Shown in pieces: positions 1-14,500 of a stretch of DNA of 64,000 bases. The stretch is from positions 1 to 64,000 of the forward strand of contig JAQGDQ010000532.1 in assembly GCA_030141605.1 (NCBI GenBank), read 5' to 3'. How positions within the stretch are numbered: position 1 is the stretch's first letter; every line of letters begins with the position of its first letter. The position numbers were made by a program, and so were the translations under genes. The stretch comes from Tubiluchus corallicola (lineage: Eukaryota; Animalia; Priapulida). Below the pieces are notes generated by a model, which did not search any database, was not told where the DNA came from, and saw nothing but the letters and a program-made list of their open reading frames with translations.

Positions 1-2372
1 CTTATTACACAAATAATTTGGGACTGAAAGGGTAAACGCTGGTTTACTCTAGAAGCTAGTTAACTGAACTTATTAAATTGATTCTGTACCTAATATGACT
101 CCAATGCATAAGAATCTAGACGTAATACAAATGGTATGTAAAAAAGTCGCCTAAAGGGTGAAATGATAGAAGGCAGAAATGATAAACTAAGATAAACATG
201 TGTGCCTCTTACTGCAGATATTTTATTGACGCTTATAGATTATATCTAATAGTATATTATTTGTTTACCCATTCTGTACAATTGTGATATTTAAATTGTT
301 TTTAAACTGTGTAATTTCTAAAAAGGATTCTATGACTCTGTATTTTTAAAAGCTATCAGTGTAGGTGTATACAGTGTTTCTGCAACACCATTCGCTTCTA
401 TTTTATTTTATGGACCACTTTGACAAATAACTAATACTGCTTATAATTGTTGGCTAAAATGTTATATGCATTAAATAAAGAATTAATAATAATGATGACT
501 GACTATATATCAATGACTAACGCATAAACGGATCACAGCGCACTTGTAATCTAGTTTTTGAAATAAATATGTGAACTATGTGATAGAGTTATCTAAACAT
601 GTCTGTAACCACTAACTATAACTGAAACAAGAAGCTTATCAAACTGAGCAATTTTCATTAAATTTGCGTAGCTACACGCCTTGCACTTTTAGTTAAATTA
701 GTTATGTACCCACTACGGAAAACTTAAACAGGTTACTAATAGTGAGCATAGACCACTGCAAAGTCTTAATGCTAAATATCTTTGTGGTTTTAGAGTTGTG
801 ATGTTAAGTAGAAAAGCTTGTGCATGAAAATCAATTTTTTTCAGAAAAGAAAAAGGCGTAAATCTGCGGCAAGTAACAACAGTCAGGAGTACGACAACAA
901 AAGTCTGTGCAGTTTGAGTAGTTTGGATTCATTGAGTAGCAATGGCAGTGGCAACAGTAGCAAGGTATGCAAATAACTATCTCAGAGTTGGCATTTGCCA
1001 GTTCATTTTTAACTCAATTTGACACCGCCGAGATTTGTATGGCTTATCAGGTTGCGTCAACTGAATATTTAGGACTACAGCTGCCCATCTGTTTCATGAT
1101 CGGATGTTGCATAACTGTGCTAACAAGGCAGATATTATTACCACTCAGGTATACCAAGTACCCATAAATACTACAGTGTTCATTAATTAATTGTACACGA
1201 GATGTTATTAAGCAGTACAGAAATTTTCATGATTTTTCTAGGACAGAAGACGTCGATCATTGGCTCGTGTAGATTTTTTAGTTTGCCATTTTATCACCAT
1301 TTTTAATCTATTGTTATTGGCTTAAATCAAAATAATTATTAACAGATCAAATAACTGTCAGTTTTAAAATTTTAAAGGCAAAAAATATTCTGGTATCCCA
1401 TGGGATACAACGGGTCTGAAAGGGTTAAAGGAAAGCCTAAATATGGATCATAACATCATAATAAAAATTTTCTAAATTCTATTCTCATTTTCTACGTTAT
1501 ATTCTAGACACTAATTGGTACCACGACAATAATTTATTAGTACCCTAACCAGACTAAGTTCCATATTTAAGTGCAAAGCAAGTAAGTAAGTAGTATATAC
1601 CAAAGAAAAAGAAGAAAAGGCATGCAGTGGATTAATGAAAACATCTTCTTCTTCCAGTGCCATATTCGCATGTTTATGAAATTGTGTGGCTAATTTCTTC
1701 TCCATTGGTCTGAAAGTAAACATAATTTTTATTTATTAATACATAAACTAATAAAGTTATAATAATTATTTAGCTATATAAAAATAATAATTGGCAGTGA
1801 ATATGGATCCCATAGTAGTAATTCATGAGCTGTTTTATTAGTAATCTTCAAAAAGCATTTACATTATATTACGCGAAAAAAATAAACCAAACCAAATAAA
1901 CTACATCGACATATTATTGTGCAGTTACTGTTACAGTGACCATTTCCTGGTCGTCTCTGCACCCACTTTGTTGTGATTAGTAATAATTTCCTACAAAGTG
2001 AATGTACAGAGACGCAGTGTGCGACGCAATGAGCACCAGTTATACATTCCTCTATTCGTTGTGGTTATGCTAGAGCCGTTGTTGTGCAGTTTGCCTTCAA
2101 AACTTCTTTCAGATCAAAATCTGTCGAACGCTGAACTTACATATTTTCGTCATTATCTTCAACACCTTGCTCCATTTAATTTCAGAACTATCCCTTTTCA
2201 GCAAAAAACAAATCACTGCACAAAAAAATGTTATAACTTCTGTTTAGGAGGGAACTGTTTAGGGAGGTACAGCATTTTCGCATTTTCCGTGTCGTTTCAA
2301 ATCTTGCGCAAACTGACGTCATCGGATAGAGCGGCGCAACTAATCGAAAATTCGGCATTCGTTCGGGAAAAC

Positions 2373-2510
2373 ATGTCAGCGCCCGTGTCGTTTGTATTTG
2401 TAGTTTCCTTGTTTTGTTCAGCTTTGACTATTTTTAGTGTATTATGCAAGCAACCTTCCACAGAGATTTGTAATTTGCACCAGTGCGTTCTTAGAAGCAA
2501 TAATTTAAGG
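2373..2510 (+). CDS. IL17R: IL17R-like exon 1 (signal peptide)
   Basis: aacATG; MSAPVSFVFVVSLFCSALTIFSVLC hydrophobic leader; donor AGG|GTAAGT, phase 0. Confidence 0.8.
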
Positions 2511-5500
2511 GTAAGTAATTGCTTTATGTTAATTGTTTATTAAAAATGAAGATTACATGATTTTTTCTCACTACAGCTATTTCACGCACTTTATTTAATA
2601 AAAATAAATTTTTATACAATTGCTGTTATTAATCTGCCTTTCTATTTTTTCCTTGCAGATTGGACATGAATCAGAATGTCGTATAGAAGTCATGAATTTT
2701 ACTGGTAGGCCCTTAGAGATTATAAGCTTTACATCACATGAAGAAAAATAAAATTTAATATCTTGCCAAATTGACCTTATGCTTTTGTAAATATTTTGAC
2801 TTCTGAAGCATTGCATTTGTGAAGGCATTTAGTTGCCTATCTGAGACCATTTATTTGCTTTTTGAGGTCATTAATATATCTAAAAAGGTTTAAATTTGGT
2901 ACACTAACAACTGTTTCTGATAAATTGTACCAGTGATGCACTACAAGATTCAACAAGAATGTGTTTCTACAGTAGTTCTTGCATAAAGCTTATACGATTT
3001 CTTAAGTACAATCTTGCTTAAAGGAACACAGCTTGTCTCTATTCAAATGTTTTGTACAAGTTAGCTTTTTCACTTCTTTGTTTGAGTAAACATATCTCTG
3101 ATACAAATTGGTTGTATAATATTATAGCTGTAGATAACTTTCTGCACATTGTAATGCCAAAAATTGATGACGGAGGCCATACTACACTAGAATATTCCAG
3201 CAAAGGTTGCATGTAGAAATTATAAAAACTTACCTATCTCTTTTAAATTGCAACTGATAAACATCTCTTAATAATCTGATTTGGTTTCTTTCTGCCCTTA
3301 AAATATTAAATGCTATACACAGTTGCTCTGTGTATCTGAGTATGTGTGTTATAATATAGGTTCTTAATGGTGTATTTGGGTGCAGGTGATGCAGTCATTT
3401 ACTAGCCATCACGCCTATTTGCCCGAGGAATTTTGTGTTATACTATAACCACAGGAATTGCACTACTATAATGTAGCTATTACGAATAATACGTTCCGTA
3501 GTACTGGACCGATAGCGCTGTAGAGTTTGGTAGTTGCTTTCTTGTGAATTCTTATGGGTTCAATTCTATATATATATATAGAATATATATATATATATAG
3601 GGGCAAGGAAGTTTTCTTTCTAACTGATATTATACTTGGTATTTCTTAACAAACTACTACATATAATGATCCTAATTACTGAATAATTGTATTGTTTTGT
3701 TTAGATTTAATTATCTAACTTTATTATTTTTTGTTTTCAGTTCTTTTTGGATAATTTGTATCATTTATACTGTTTTTTATTATTTTTTTCTTATTTGTTT
3801 TTGTTATCTGCAGCATCACCGTTAATTTTGAATATAGTAATCTATTTGTAAGAAAGCGCAGGAAACTAGATGACCCTATGGTCCTTCCCTGCCCTGCTCC
3901 ATGATTATAATTACTTAATATTTGAAAAAACTTTTGATGTGAAACTAATTGGAGAAAATAAATGTTCTATGTCTATGTATTACACACAAGTTGTCGCACA
4001 CTTTTCAAAATAAAGTTATTTGGTTGGAAATCAATTTTGTTGTGACATTAACAAACTAGTCGCTGAATAAACATGGAGAATTTTTTCTACATTTCCATTT
4101 CCTATCAGCAGTAAAAGGCTAATACGCATTAAATATGTTCCAAGCTCTAAGCTTTCAAAGTTACAGGAATGTTAAGAAACTTTTTAACCTAGAACTTTGT
4201 CTATATTATATTATATAATATTACATTACATTAAAACTTTAACAGTAATAATAATAATAATTTCGTTTAGGTCCAGGGATGACACCTTAAGTAACACAAT
4301 ACTTCCAACATTGTCCCAATTATTATTACCCGCATGTTACTCTAATAAAACTGTGTGTTTGGCCAAAGAACCAGCGGTACCATTGTTTAAGTCTGTATGA
4401 CTAGTTTGGTAGTTAAACCTATGACCTCCTGATTGTGAATAGCCATGTTCCTTCTGTCGGTGCATGTGCATAGAGATATGTATAGGCTAGCACATTTTAA
4501 ATGAGCCTATTAACTTCGTTAACGGCATTAATTAGTTACTAACTTATTAGTAACAGTCACAATCGTAAAACTGTCATTTACAAACTGCTGAGCAAATATT
4601 GACCAAGTTTGTAGAACTTTACAAGATTTTTCTTATTCTAATTCTACAGGACAATGTTCTGACTTAAATTGGTTTCCGGGAGTGAACGCAAGCGAGTCTG
4701 TTCCTACGCCACTTGCTGATGTGTTTCTGTATAGCTACTGTTACACTTCCGACAACTCATCTGACGAGACCTGTCAGGGAGATGGAAGCTTAGTCAGTGG
4801 GATTGGTATGAATGTCAGTTTCGTGGTTATGGATCCAGGTAAGAATTTTGATCTTGTCCTTTTCGTAGAGCAAGCAATTTCTGTTTTTACAATGCAGTAA
4901 CTTTTTTATAAACATTTTTTCCATCACCTTTTGTATACAGAACAAAACTGATTAACATACCTTGGGAATTAGTAAGTACTCTATTATAGAGTTGAGACAT
5001 TCATGATTAGATATAGATACCTATGTTTTAGTAATGACAGTGCATCAAATGCAAAATGTTAAATTAACTTTTACTGAATTGGCTTGAAGCTTTTATAAAT
5101 TCCTGCATTAAATCAGAAATAGTCAAAATTGAAAAGTGAGTTACCGTGTAATAAAGTGTGGATTTTAGTTTCAATGTTTAATTCATTAATATTAACTGGG
5201 AGAAAGTTTGAATTCTACAGATTAAAGAAACTGTCATTTCTGTCCTAAACTGACAGGTTAAATAGAGGACATGTTAAATACAGTAGCCTGTCCTCCTGCC
5301 TCCTTTAGAAACCCCTTTTGGACCCCTTTTTCTTCTTAACATTATTTTTAATAACAAGTTTTTTGTTCTTCCCAAAGCAAGTTCTAGTTCAGTTTTTTGA
5401 CACTTTTCTGATGATAAACCATTCAGGAGTTCAGGGCATTACGTGACGGCATGATACTCTTGTCGTATGCTATTCTTGTTTCTTTGTTTTTGTTTTTACT

Positions 5501-8500
5501 TGAAACAAGATTTCTTCAACATTTCATTATGAAAAAGTTAGTCTCACTTTTTTATGCTATAGTTCGCTTACTGTATGCCATTTAGTGTTTCTTGTGGGTT
5601 TGCGTACTGCAATGATTGAAAAAATTTGCTATTTAGACTTTGATTTCATCTTACATTTTTTGTACAATTGTCATTTTTATTTGTTTTGTAGACACCACTG
5701 CCGTTCTTTTGAAATTCTGGAACATAGATGGCGACACCCGATATCAAGGTTCTGGTAGGGAATGCTTTCTATTTGACATCCGGAACCAATCAAAGCATGA
5801 ACTTGCCCAAGGACCTCCGGTTAGTGTTTGATTTTATTTTAGCAGTCAACATTGCAACGATTGATTTATCATTTTTTGCTCTTTCAGAGCAAAACTAAAA
5901 CTATGTCTAACGTACAGCGAGACATTTAACCCAAGTCGGCAGGAAATAATATTCTCTAAACTAACAAATAGTATCTAGTTTATTAAAACAATCTAGAAAC
6001 AATTTACACTTGGCAAACATAAGTAAAGAAAAGCTGGCGACAAAATGTGAAATTCAAGTTTACTGTTTATTTCCAAGTAAAACATACCTTAATAATTCAA
6101 CCTGGGTCATTACAGCTTAAATTTTAAAAATGTGTGCACAAAAAACAAGTGCTGTACCTCTCAATTCAGACGTGTTCATTTGTGACGTAGTGCACACCTT
6201 CGAGAGCTCATGCGTGAGCACAGTGGTAAATTTGAACTTTGCCGAATTTTAGTATATCACACTGAATCTCGTAGATTAGCATTATACTTCAATTTTCGCT
6301 TTTGCAACACGCTCATGGAATGTTTTTGCTGTTGAAAATTATGTTCATTTGTGATGACATCAATAGTTGGCTCACCTGCCGTTAATTATATTATCATTTT
6401 ATCTATTATATAATTATCAGAAATGATTGCAGTATTGGTGGTGTTAAACTGTGCTCTTTTTACCATACTTCAGAAGGGGAAGGATATGAAAAATCATCCT
6501 GCATTCCTTAAAATCTGTTACAGACTTTGTTATGCATTAATTTCTTTTACATTATATTATCACTATGGCTATAAATATTATAGCTATCTTCATTGTTCTT
6601 TTAATTTTTTTATTTTAGTTTTACTTTTGGTATGATTGTTACAATAATTTGATGGCTAACGCTACGTACGGAGTAGAGCTCACACAACTTCCCGGAAATG
6701 TTCCTGTCGTTTACCAAATAACCCTTCCCAGTGCTGAAAGGATATGTAAGTTCAAATAGAAAAAGCAGTAAAACATGCAAGTCAAATGGTAAATATGTGC
6801 AGTTACAGTTTCACTCATTGTAACTTCTCATGCTGAGTTCTAAAGTTAGGGGGAGCAGGCACATTAAAAAAGGTGCCATGACGCCTGAATCAATTATATG
6901 TTTGTCTAGGCCACAACAGACAGTATCAGCGACGCTGTGTGTGACAAGAATATATTATGGTAATTAGATTTGCAACAATTTGATCAGTTCAGTCAGTTAA
7001 CATTGACAAATGAGTTGCGTAAATGCGCGCTAATTTCAAAAACACTGGAAGGCAGGTTGATCAAATAAAGTAATATGGTAAATATGCTGTTGAAAAGATG
7101 CTAATTTTGAAAAATGTTATCCTGGGAGTGGTTGCTCCACTTGCTTCTTTATAAGCTATGCCACTGAACAAAGTCATAGGTTTTCCAGGTAGTCAAATGG
7201 ACTGTTATGCCCGCTTTTTCCCAAAATTGTTTAGAAAGTATGATAAAATGCCTGAGCTGGTTTCCATTAATGATTAGCTAACCTGTTCGATGGTGGATGT
7301 AGTAGCCAGTGGGCACAGTTAGATTGGGCCCACCCAGCTAATGATTTTGGCACTTCTGCTGGGCACCTTGTACAAACAATGTTCATTTAGCGATATTGCC
7401 GGAACTTTTGCTGTACAGGTGGATAAGGTTGAAGTTGACGAAGACGAAATTTTAGAAGATCCATCAAGTGAAGACAAAGTGATGTCTCAGAATTAAACAA
7501 TAAACTTTGTTAACCTATTAAAACAGTTGTCACAAGACTTAATAAACCACCCCATTTTATCCTTGCTGCCCTCATATATCTATGCCGACTTGCTGCAGAA
7601 CTTGGTTGTGTATTACTAGGAGTACTTTGATTATCAGTTGGTCATTCTATCTATCTTCGTAGTGCACTAAGTGTTTGAAGAAGTTCTATAACTCTTTGGA
7701 AAGAGCAGGAAGTGGGTTTCCGGAGGAGATGAATCTCTTTTATAAACGTCTCCACCGGAGCCTACAAGATGGGATAGTTCCAATGTGTCTTAATTCTTCT
7801 GTAGATCATCATTAAATTTAATAAGCCTTTTGCAGTTCCGGCAATTGATGTTGATTGTGAAAAGGTCAAAGGTTAAGTGTACCAGACAACGCATTTGTGT
7901 ACACTTGACAACGCCTCACAGCCCTAGATATTGTAATAGTAACAGTTTTTACAGCTAGCTAGTTAATTTTTTCCCAAGCAAGATCCTGTTAGTAAATCAC
8001 TCTATATCGCACAGACTGATGCATAATTAAGTAAAATCCATGTAAAACAACAACAAAATACAAGAACAACATACAACAATGATGCTGCAATTGTTTGACC
8101 CACATGTCACGTGACGGTTGTAGCTAGAACGCATTGCTAGGATTCACGTAACCTTTGACCTACAGCAACTGCGTGTACGCACAATGAAACTGTGAAAAGG
8201 CTTATTAGTAAGCATGTGCTTTTGTTTATGCACAAAACTAACCATGGAATTGTGATTGCATGCATTTAAAACGCATAGGCAATATTTTAAGCTAGTTAAA
8301 AAACAAGTTGTTTAGCACGCACAGGAATTGCTAACATTTTCGTATATATACATGTATTATACAGTTATATCAGTTATTAACACCCCACACTCACCTCAAT
8401 TTCAAATTCAGACACGTGAACAGTCTGGAGTAGCAATGCATGCCAATTGTTATGTCATTAATGCAGATATCATTCTGATATTACAAATATTGTGGCCAAT

Positions 8501-11500
8501 TTTAAAAAAAAAATTAAAATTTCATTAACGAAAAATGTATCACTTGTTTTGCTATTGTGTATGTTTCTGATTTTCAATTTTTGTTAAAAATGTGTGCATA
8601 TTGCAGGGTAAAAACATGGCAGAATAGTTTATCTACAATATGAGATAACTTAAGTTTAAAACAACTAGTGGTAAAAATGTTAATACTTGCATACAGTAGT
8701 TGAGTTTTGTTTCAAATTAAAAATTTTTGATGGAATTCCCAAAGGGGCAAATTGTCATGATATTTTGCCATACACACAATAGAATTGTCAATTATATTGA
8801 TTCAATATTATTGATGAAATTGTTCATTTACTATATGTGATTGTATATCTATTATTTTGCGCATTACTGTTTCGGTCTCAATATCGCTTGCAAATGCTTA
8901 ATTATATCTAATATTGTCAATTTTATTGTCAATATTGGGTATTACAGTGCGTCTGTGAGAGATATTAAGGTATGAAACCTGCCTGTGTATCCCTCTCAGA
9001 AACACATAAGAATTTTGTAATGGCAACATTGTTTGAAGAGGAGATGACATAATCAGGATATAATTTAAAAGATAAGTTTTTTGTTGCTTGCAAGAAAGTT
9101 ATCAGTGGTTTTGATTGACGTATTTCATGCACACAGACAACAAACATTCTATTGCGACTGCAGTGACAAATACATTGACCAAACTAGTAGACGCCTCATG
9201 TTCAGTGACCAATGACTTTTGTTTGAGGCTTATTCACATTTGCTCGTTTTTATATTTTTCAGTTCCAGATGAGGAAGAGTTGTACTTGTGGCAGCCTAGC
9301 ATAGCAGTTGAGTTGAGAACCGACGGGGTCATCGGAATCTTGTTTACCTATCATCCAGATCTTCGTTGTTACAATGTGGATTTGAAACGTACTGATGGTG
9401 CTGATGTATGTGGATCTCAGGTTTCACAGATTGTAAAGATTCCGTTACAGAAAGAGGTGGTGCTAGCAGCGGAATTTCAACATGTACCTCCTGGGGAGTA
9501 TTTTGTTCAGGTATGATTAATTTCAAGTCTAATTAATCTGGTTTTTTTTGATGAGTTTTACTCTCACATTAACTTACTTAGATTTGTTAATGGCTTGTAA
9601 AGTTGCAGTCAATCTTGGATATAAGGGGCACCTCAAGACTGGAAAAAATCGTCCCTTATATCCGATGTCCCTTATGGCCGAAGTTGAGTCAGACCGAGGG
9701 TGTATCCAGACCTGTACCTTTCTGTACTTTTACCCATATTTTTATGGATTATTGCTACACATTCAGTGCAAATGGTATGTAGGAAGCTCCTTCAGTGATG
9801 CGAGATGTATGTGACCGTGGAAACCGAGCTCTTCGAAGGCCGAGTTTGGAAAAAATTGATGTTAAAAATCGATCAATTTCGTTTTCATCATAGGGTCCCT
9901 TATATGCGAGGTAATTTAACCGGATTTCCATTACGCGGGACCTGAAGATATCATCCCTTATAACCGAAAGTCCCTTATATCCGAGTACCTTATATACGAA
10001 GATTTTTACATAGGAAAAAAATTACGAAAAATCGGGACTGGTGGTCCCTTATAAGCGAGTACCTTATACCTGAGGTTGACTGTGTTTCAAAAATGTTTGT
10101 ATTACTGTTTAGTTTCTGTTTACACATCATATAAGTGAGTTTGAATTCGTGGATTATTGCATGCTGTTGCGGTGACATTCATATTCACTGTACAATGCTT
10201 GTGTAACCATCCGAGTTACATTGGTTAAAGTACTAGCAGCTATCAATTGCAATACATATAAACAATCTTAAAGTGGAAGAAAACCCTCCACTTACATAAA
10301 GCTTGAAAAACTTGTCTTGAAATTTTATAATACTTGCACAGGGGCATATTAACCAATAGGCTAACTATTCTATAGCCTAGAGCACCAAAGTTTGAGGTCA
10401 TCACATTTTAGAAAAAATTCTTATTCTCCTCAGAAAATCTGTATCATATTCATATTCATGTAAAGGTCGCATTTTACAACACAGCACAGGCAGTTACTGA
10501 AAGTAGTTTTTACATAAATGCAACATAACGTACAGGTGCAAGGTATTACGCAACAAGCTGTTGAGCAGACTGTTTCAATGTAAGCACTATACAAATACAT
10601 GTAATTAATAATGACCACATAAAAATTAGATTAATAGTGTTTCTAAAACACCACAAGTAATTGTTCAATCTCCTCATTAACAACCATAAATTCACAATAG
10701 AGATATGCGGGATAGGACTGGTCACTTTCCATAATATTCTTTTAGTGTTAGAATTAATATTTTTAATATATTTTTATACATTTTGTGACTTTTTATGCAA
10801 AATTCGTCAAATCTATACATTACTATACAATACGTACTACGCATGTGCAAAAATACTTTAGACGGAGTGCCGCAAAAACCCGCTAAACAGCGAAAATACC
10901 GCGATAAACGAACCGTGAAGTAGCGAGGGAACACTGTACAACGAATTGGAATTTTTGGTGATCAGTTTGGAACAAACAGTTCATTATCAAGGTAACTAAA
11001 ACAAAAAAATTACCAGAAATTACAAACAACATCGAACAACAACAAGGTAAATTGTTAAATTATTATATAATTATAATCATATGTTATATAATATATCATT
11101 TGGCTGTCTAACTGGTATATTGTACTTCGGTGTTGTTTCTAAATTCTGGCAGTTTTTTTGTCCTAGATGCCTTGAGAATGAACCGTTTGTTCGAAACCGG
11201 TCGCTAATAAATTCAATTTTGATGTATGCATGTAGTATGTAGTAGTATGTAGGTGATACAAAGTAAACAATTTCAAGTTAAGGATTTCGTTACCCTGTAA
11301 TTTGTTGAACATTTAATGTTGTGAATTCCTGTTTATTTTCTGAATTTATAAGCCAAATTAAAGCCGTGTTTAGGAAAAAATTTCAAATTTTTAATGTATT
11401 TTAATTTATTATTTATTAATTACAGATCAGTGCATCTGATGAAGTTGATTGCAAAGATTTCTTAACTCTCTTCACAGCTTCATATCCATTTAATGTTTCT

Positions 11501-14500
11501 GGTGGCCCCGTGTGTCCATCTAATACAACCAAACTGGGTAATTTTGTATAATTTTAGCTGACAATTAGCTGCATAACATAAAAATTAAGTGACATTTTAC
11601 TTCCTCTCGGGGGGGGGGGGGGGTGTTGCATGGAAGTTTGATCAAGCTGTAACATTATTCATGAATGTAAAGAAAATTTGAAGAACGCAGTGATCCAGTT
11701 TGAAACTTAATTAATAATTGTCATTTGCCTGTACATTTGGAAATTTTTTGCATGAGATGTAAGTTAGTTGTCAACCTTGGTGACTTTGTATAGTTTACAA
11801 ATTCTGTGTATTTTTTCTAAGTAATTATACTTTATGTAAGTTTACATATTGGTGTTTGAATTGTTTTCACATTTCTGCATTATTTCTACAAAAACTAGCA
11901 CTTCATTTACAGCATAGTTAAGTTATAGTTTTAGTTAAAGTTTCTAAATAATGGAATAAATGAAAATTGCAATTTTTTGCAATCATCCAGGAACCTTTTT
12001 GATCATCATGTGCTTAACTTAATCCAAATTTAGCTTTCCAACAAATTCAGTTATTCCAAGTGTTGTCATACTGTGGTAATTATTAGTTTAGACCCTACAG
12101 AAATTCCTTGTAATTAATTAATTGCAATATTAATTTCATAATTTATTGATAATCTTGAAAACAAGAATATGAACAATCATTCTTACCTACTTATTGTTCA
12201 AGGTCTTTCAGTGATGACAAAAAATAATCTAATTCGAAATTATTCTGTTTCGAGTAAACTAAACTTGGTGATCTGTTGTTGATTTAATGCAGATCAACCG
12301 TGATTACAATGCCCTAAGTGATTTGTTGTTATAAGGTTTATAATCAGAAGGTTCTTGGTTCAAATACAGCACCAATTTAAACTTTTTCCTGTCTGTTTAT
12401 TTTGAATGATTTTATTAATGGTAGGTTCATTCCATCATTAATTGTTTAACATGAAACTAGGTTTTCAAATATATGATGTATGTAATATTTAAAACTATTA
12501 TAAATTGTGCATTTTTTAGGTTTAGATGTAAAACAGTTGATAGCCCTGGTACTTGGTGTAATCGCTGGAGGCGGCCTGATATTTGTGGTGTTTTTGTACT
12601 TTTGTTGGTACAAACGACGTAAACATGGTAAATTTTCAGTATTTTCGCAGTACTTCCTATACTATGAAAAGGCTGTTTTTACTCTCATATTTGTGGTGTC
12701 TTTGTACTTTTATTGGTACAAACGACGTAAACATGGTAAATTTTCAGTAATTTCGCAGTACTTCCTATACTATGAAAAGGCTGTTTATATTCTCATATTT
12801 GTGGTATTTTTGTACTTTTGTTGGTACACACGACGTAAACATGGTAAATTTTCAGTATTTTCTCAGTACTTCCTATACTATGAAAAGGCTGTTTATAGCC
12901 TTGTATTTGTGGTGTTTTTGTACTTTTGTTGGTACAAATAACGTAAACATGGTAAATTTTCAGTATTTTTGTTGGTACAAACGACGTAAACATGGTAAAT
13001 TTTCAGTATTTTCTCAGTACTTCCTATACTATGAAAAGGCTGTTTATATCCATCATGGGTTTGATCCCATAAATTAAAAACTGCATTTTTTATTGGATGC
13101 AGTCAATGCAATGCTCACATAACCAGTGCCAGGCAGTGCCATACTAGTGCTTGCAACCCCTCCATTTGTCCCCTCCTTTAGCTTCACCACTATTGCCTAG
13201 AAAGGGGTTGATATTAGTCTACAAAATTTGTGTAGTAGTCAGTTTGCCTTTAATTACTCGGACTCTTGAGGTTCTTGAAGGACATTGAAAAATCTTTCAA
13301 GATCTTCACTATATCCAATGGCTGTCAGCTGATGAATTCTGAGAGGAATGGAAGCTACTGAAAAAATAAAGCATTTTTGAGATTTATGGGCATTTTGACT
13401 TCTTTTTTATGGTTAAACCTATATTGAGGCTGATGCAGGATTTTTTTCCGTTTGACATTTCTTCCGAAAAATCAGTCAAAATAAAGTAAAAAATTTGCCT
13501 TTCTACTTAATTCTACTTTGGAATGACATAAATGATGAATTAAAAACTGTTCAACCAATTCAAAAATTTAAAAAGAAATACAGAGCAATGATTCTCAACA
13601 AGTACAACACTTCCTAATATCCCACACCTACTGCAGCAGTCATACCACAATCCTGGTACAGATTATGCAAAACAAGGCATCATTGATAAATCTTTAGAGC
13701 TGATGTCAACATAGCACAATCTATTATCTTTCTTCCTACCATTTCCACTAACACATCCTTCTACCCTTCCTGTGTGATCTAATCTTTCTCCCAGTTCTTT
13801 TTTTTGTTCACTCATCCATTCTTTTTTTATCGGGTTCACATGACGGTTGGCTTATACAAGCCTTTGCTTCTCTAGCCCACTACAGTACAATTATTCTTTT
13901 ATGATAACGATAGTGTATGAAACATAAAAATTTAATACAGTAGATGTAATAATTTTGATGTCACTGTGTGCTTAATGTCATTATATTGTACTGAATGTGA
14001 TAATAATAATAAAAAAAATTATATATCTATTGTGTGTGCTTGTAAGGTTTTCATTTTGCTTTAAGGTTATAGTCGAAATTTCGATGCTACGCTAGAGATC
14101 AAAGTGCCTCGAGTGTTCATAGCTTATTCGTATGATCACACATGTCACGCAGAAGCTGTAGAAAAATTTGCTTCATACTTGAAGAAGCATTGCTATTGTC
14201 AGGTATGTTTGTAGTATGGCACTGTTGCATCTGCATTTCTACATTGTCTTTTCATTTTGTTATTGTCAAGAGTATTAGTAGTATGGCTGTGTCATGTCTA
14301 CGCATCCACAATCATGTTTCAGTTTTATTCTTGTTTGGGGTGTGTGTGTGTGACTTTGCATTATTTTTTGTTTGTTGTTGTTTTCAAGAGTATGAGTAGT
14401 ATGGCTTTTTCAGACCTATGCCTCAACACATTCCAGTTTTCTTATTGTCAACAGTGTTAGTAGTATAGCTTATTTGTATGTATGCCTGTGCATCATTTTT

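Noticed and set aside
1998-2372. 5' part of the 181-aa ORF upstream of the receptor ATG
   Set aside because: Starts at GTG and is not protein-like; the signal peptide begins at ATG 2373.
7160-7800. Protein-like acidic stretch (VDKVEVDEDEILEDPSSED) in receptor intron 5
   Set aside because: Interrupted by stops and not needed by the exon phase chain; probably a decayed transposon but family not identifiable.
11609-11623. Poly-G tracts (also 54608-54620 and 55545-55555) as G-quadruplex elements
   Set aside because: Isolated homopolymers with no supporting context; lengths are unreliable in assemblies.
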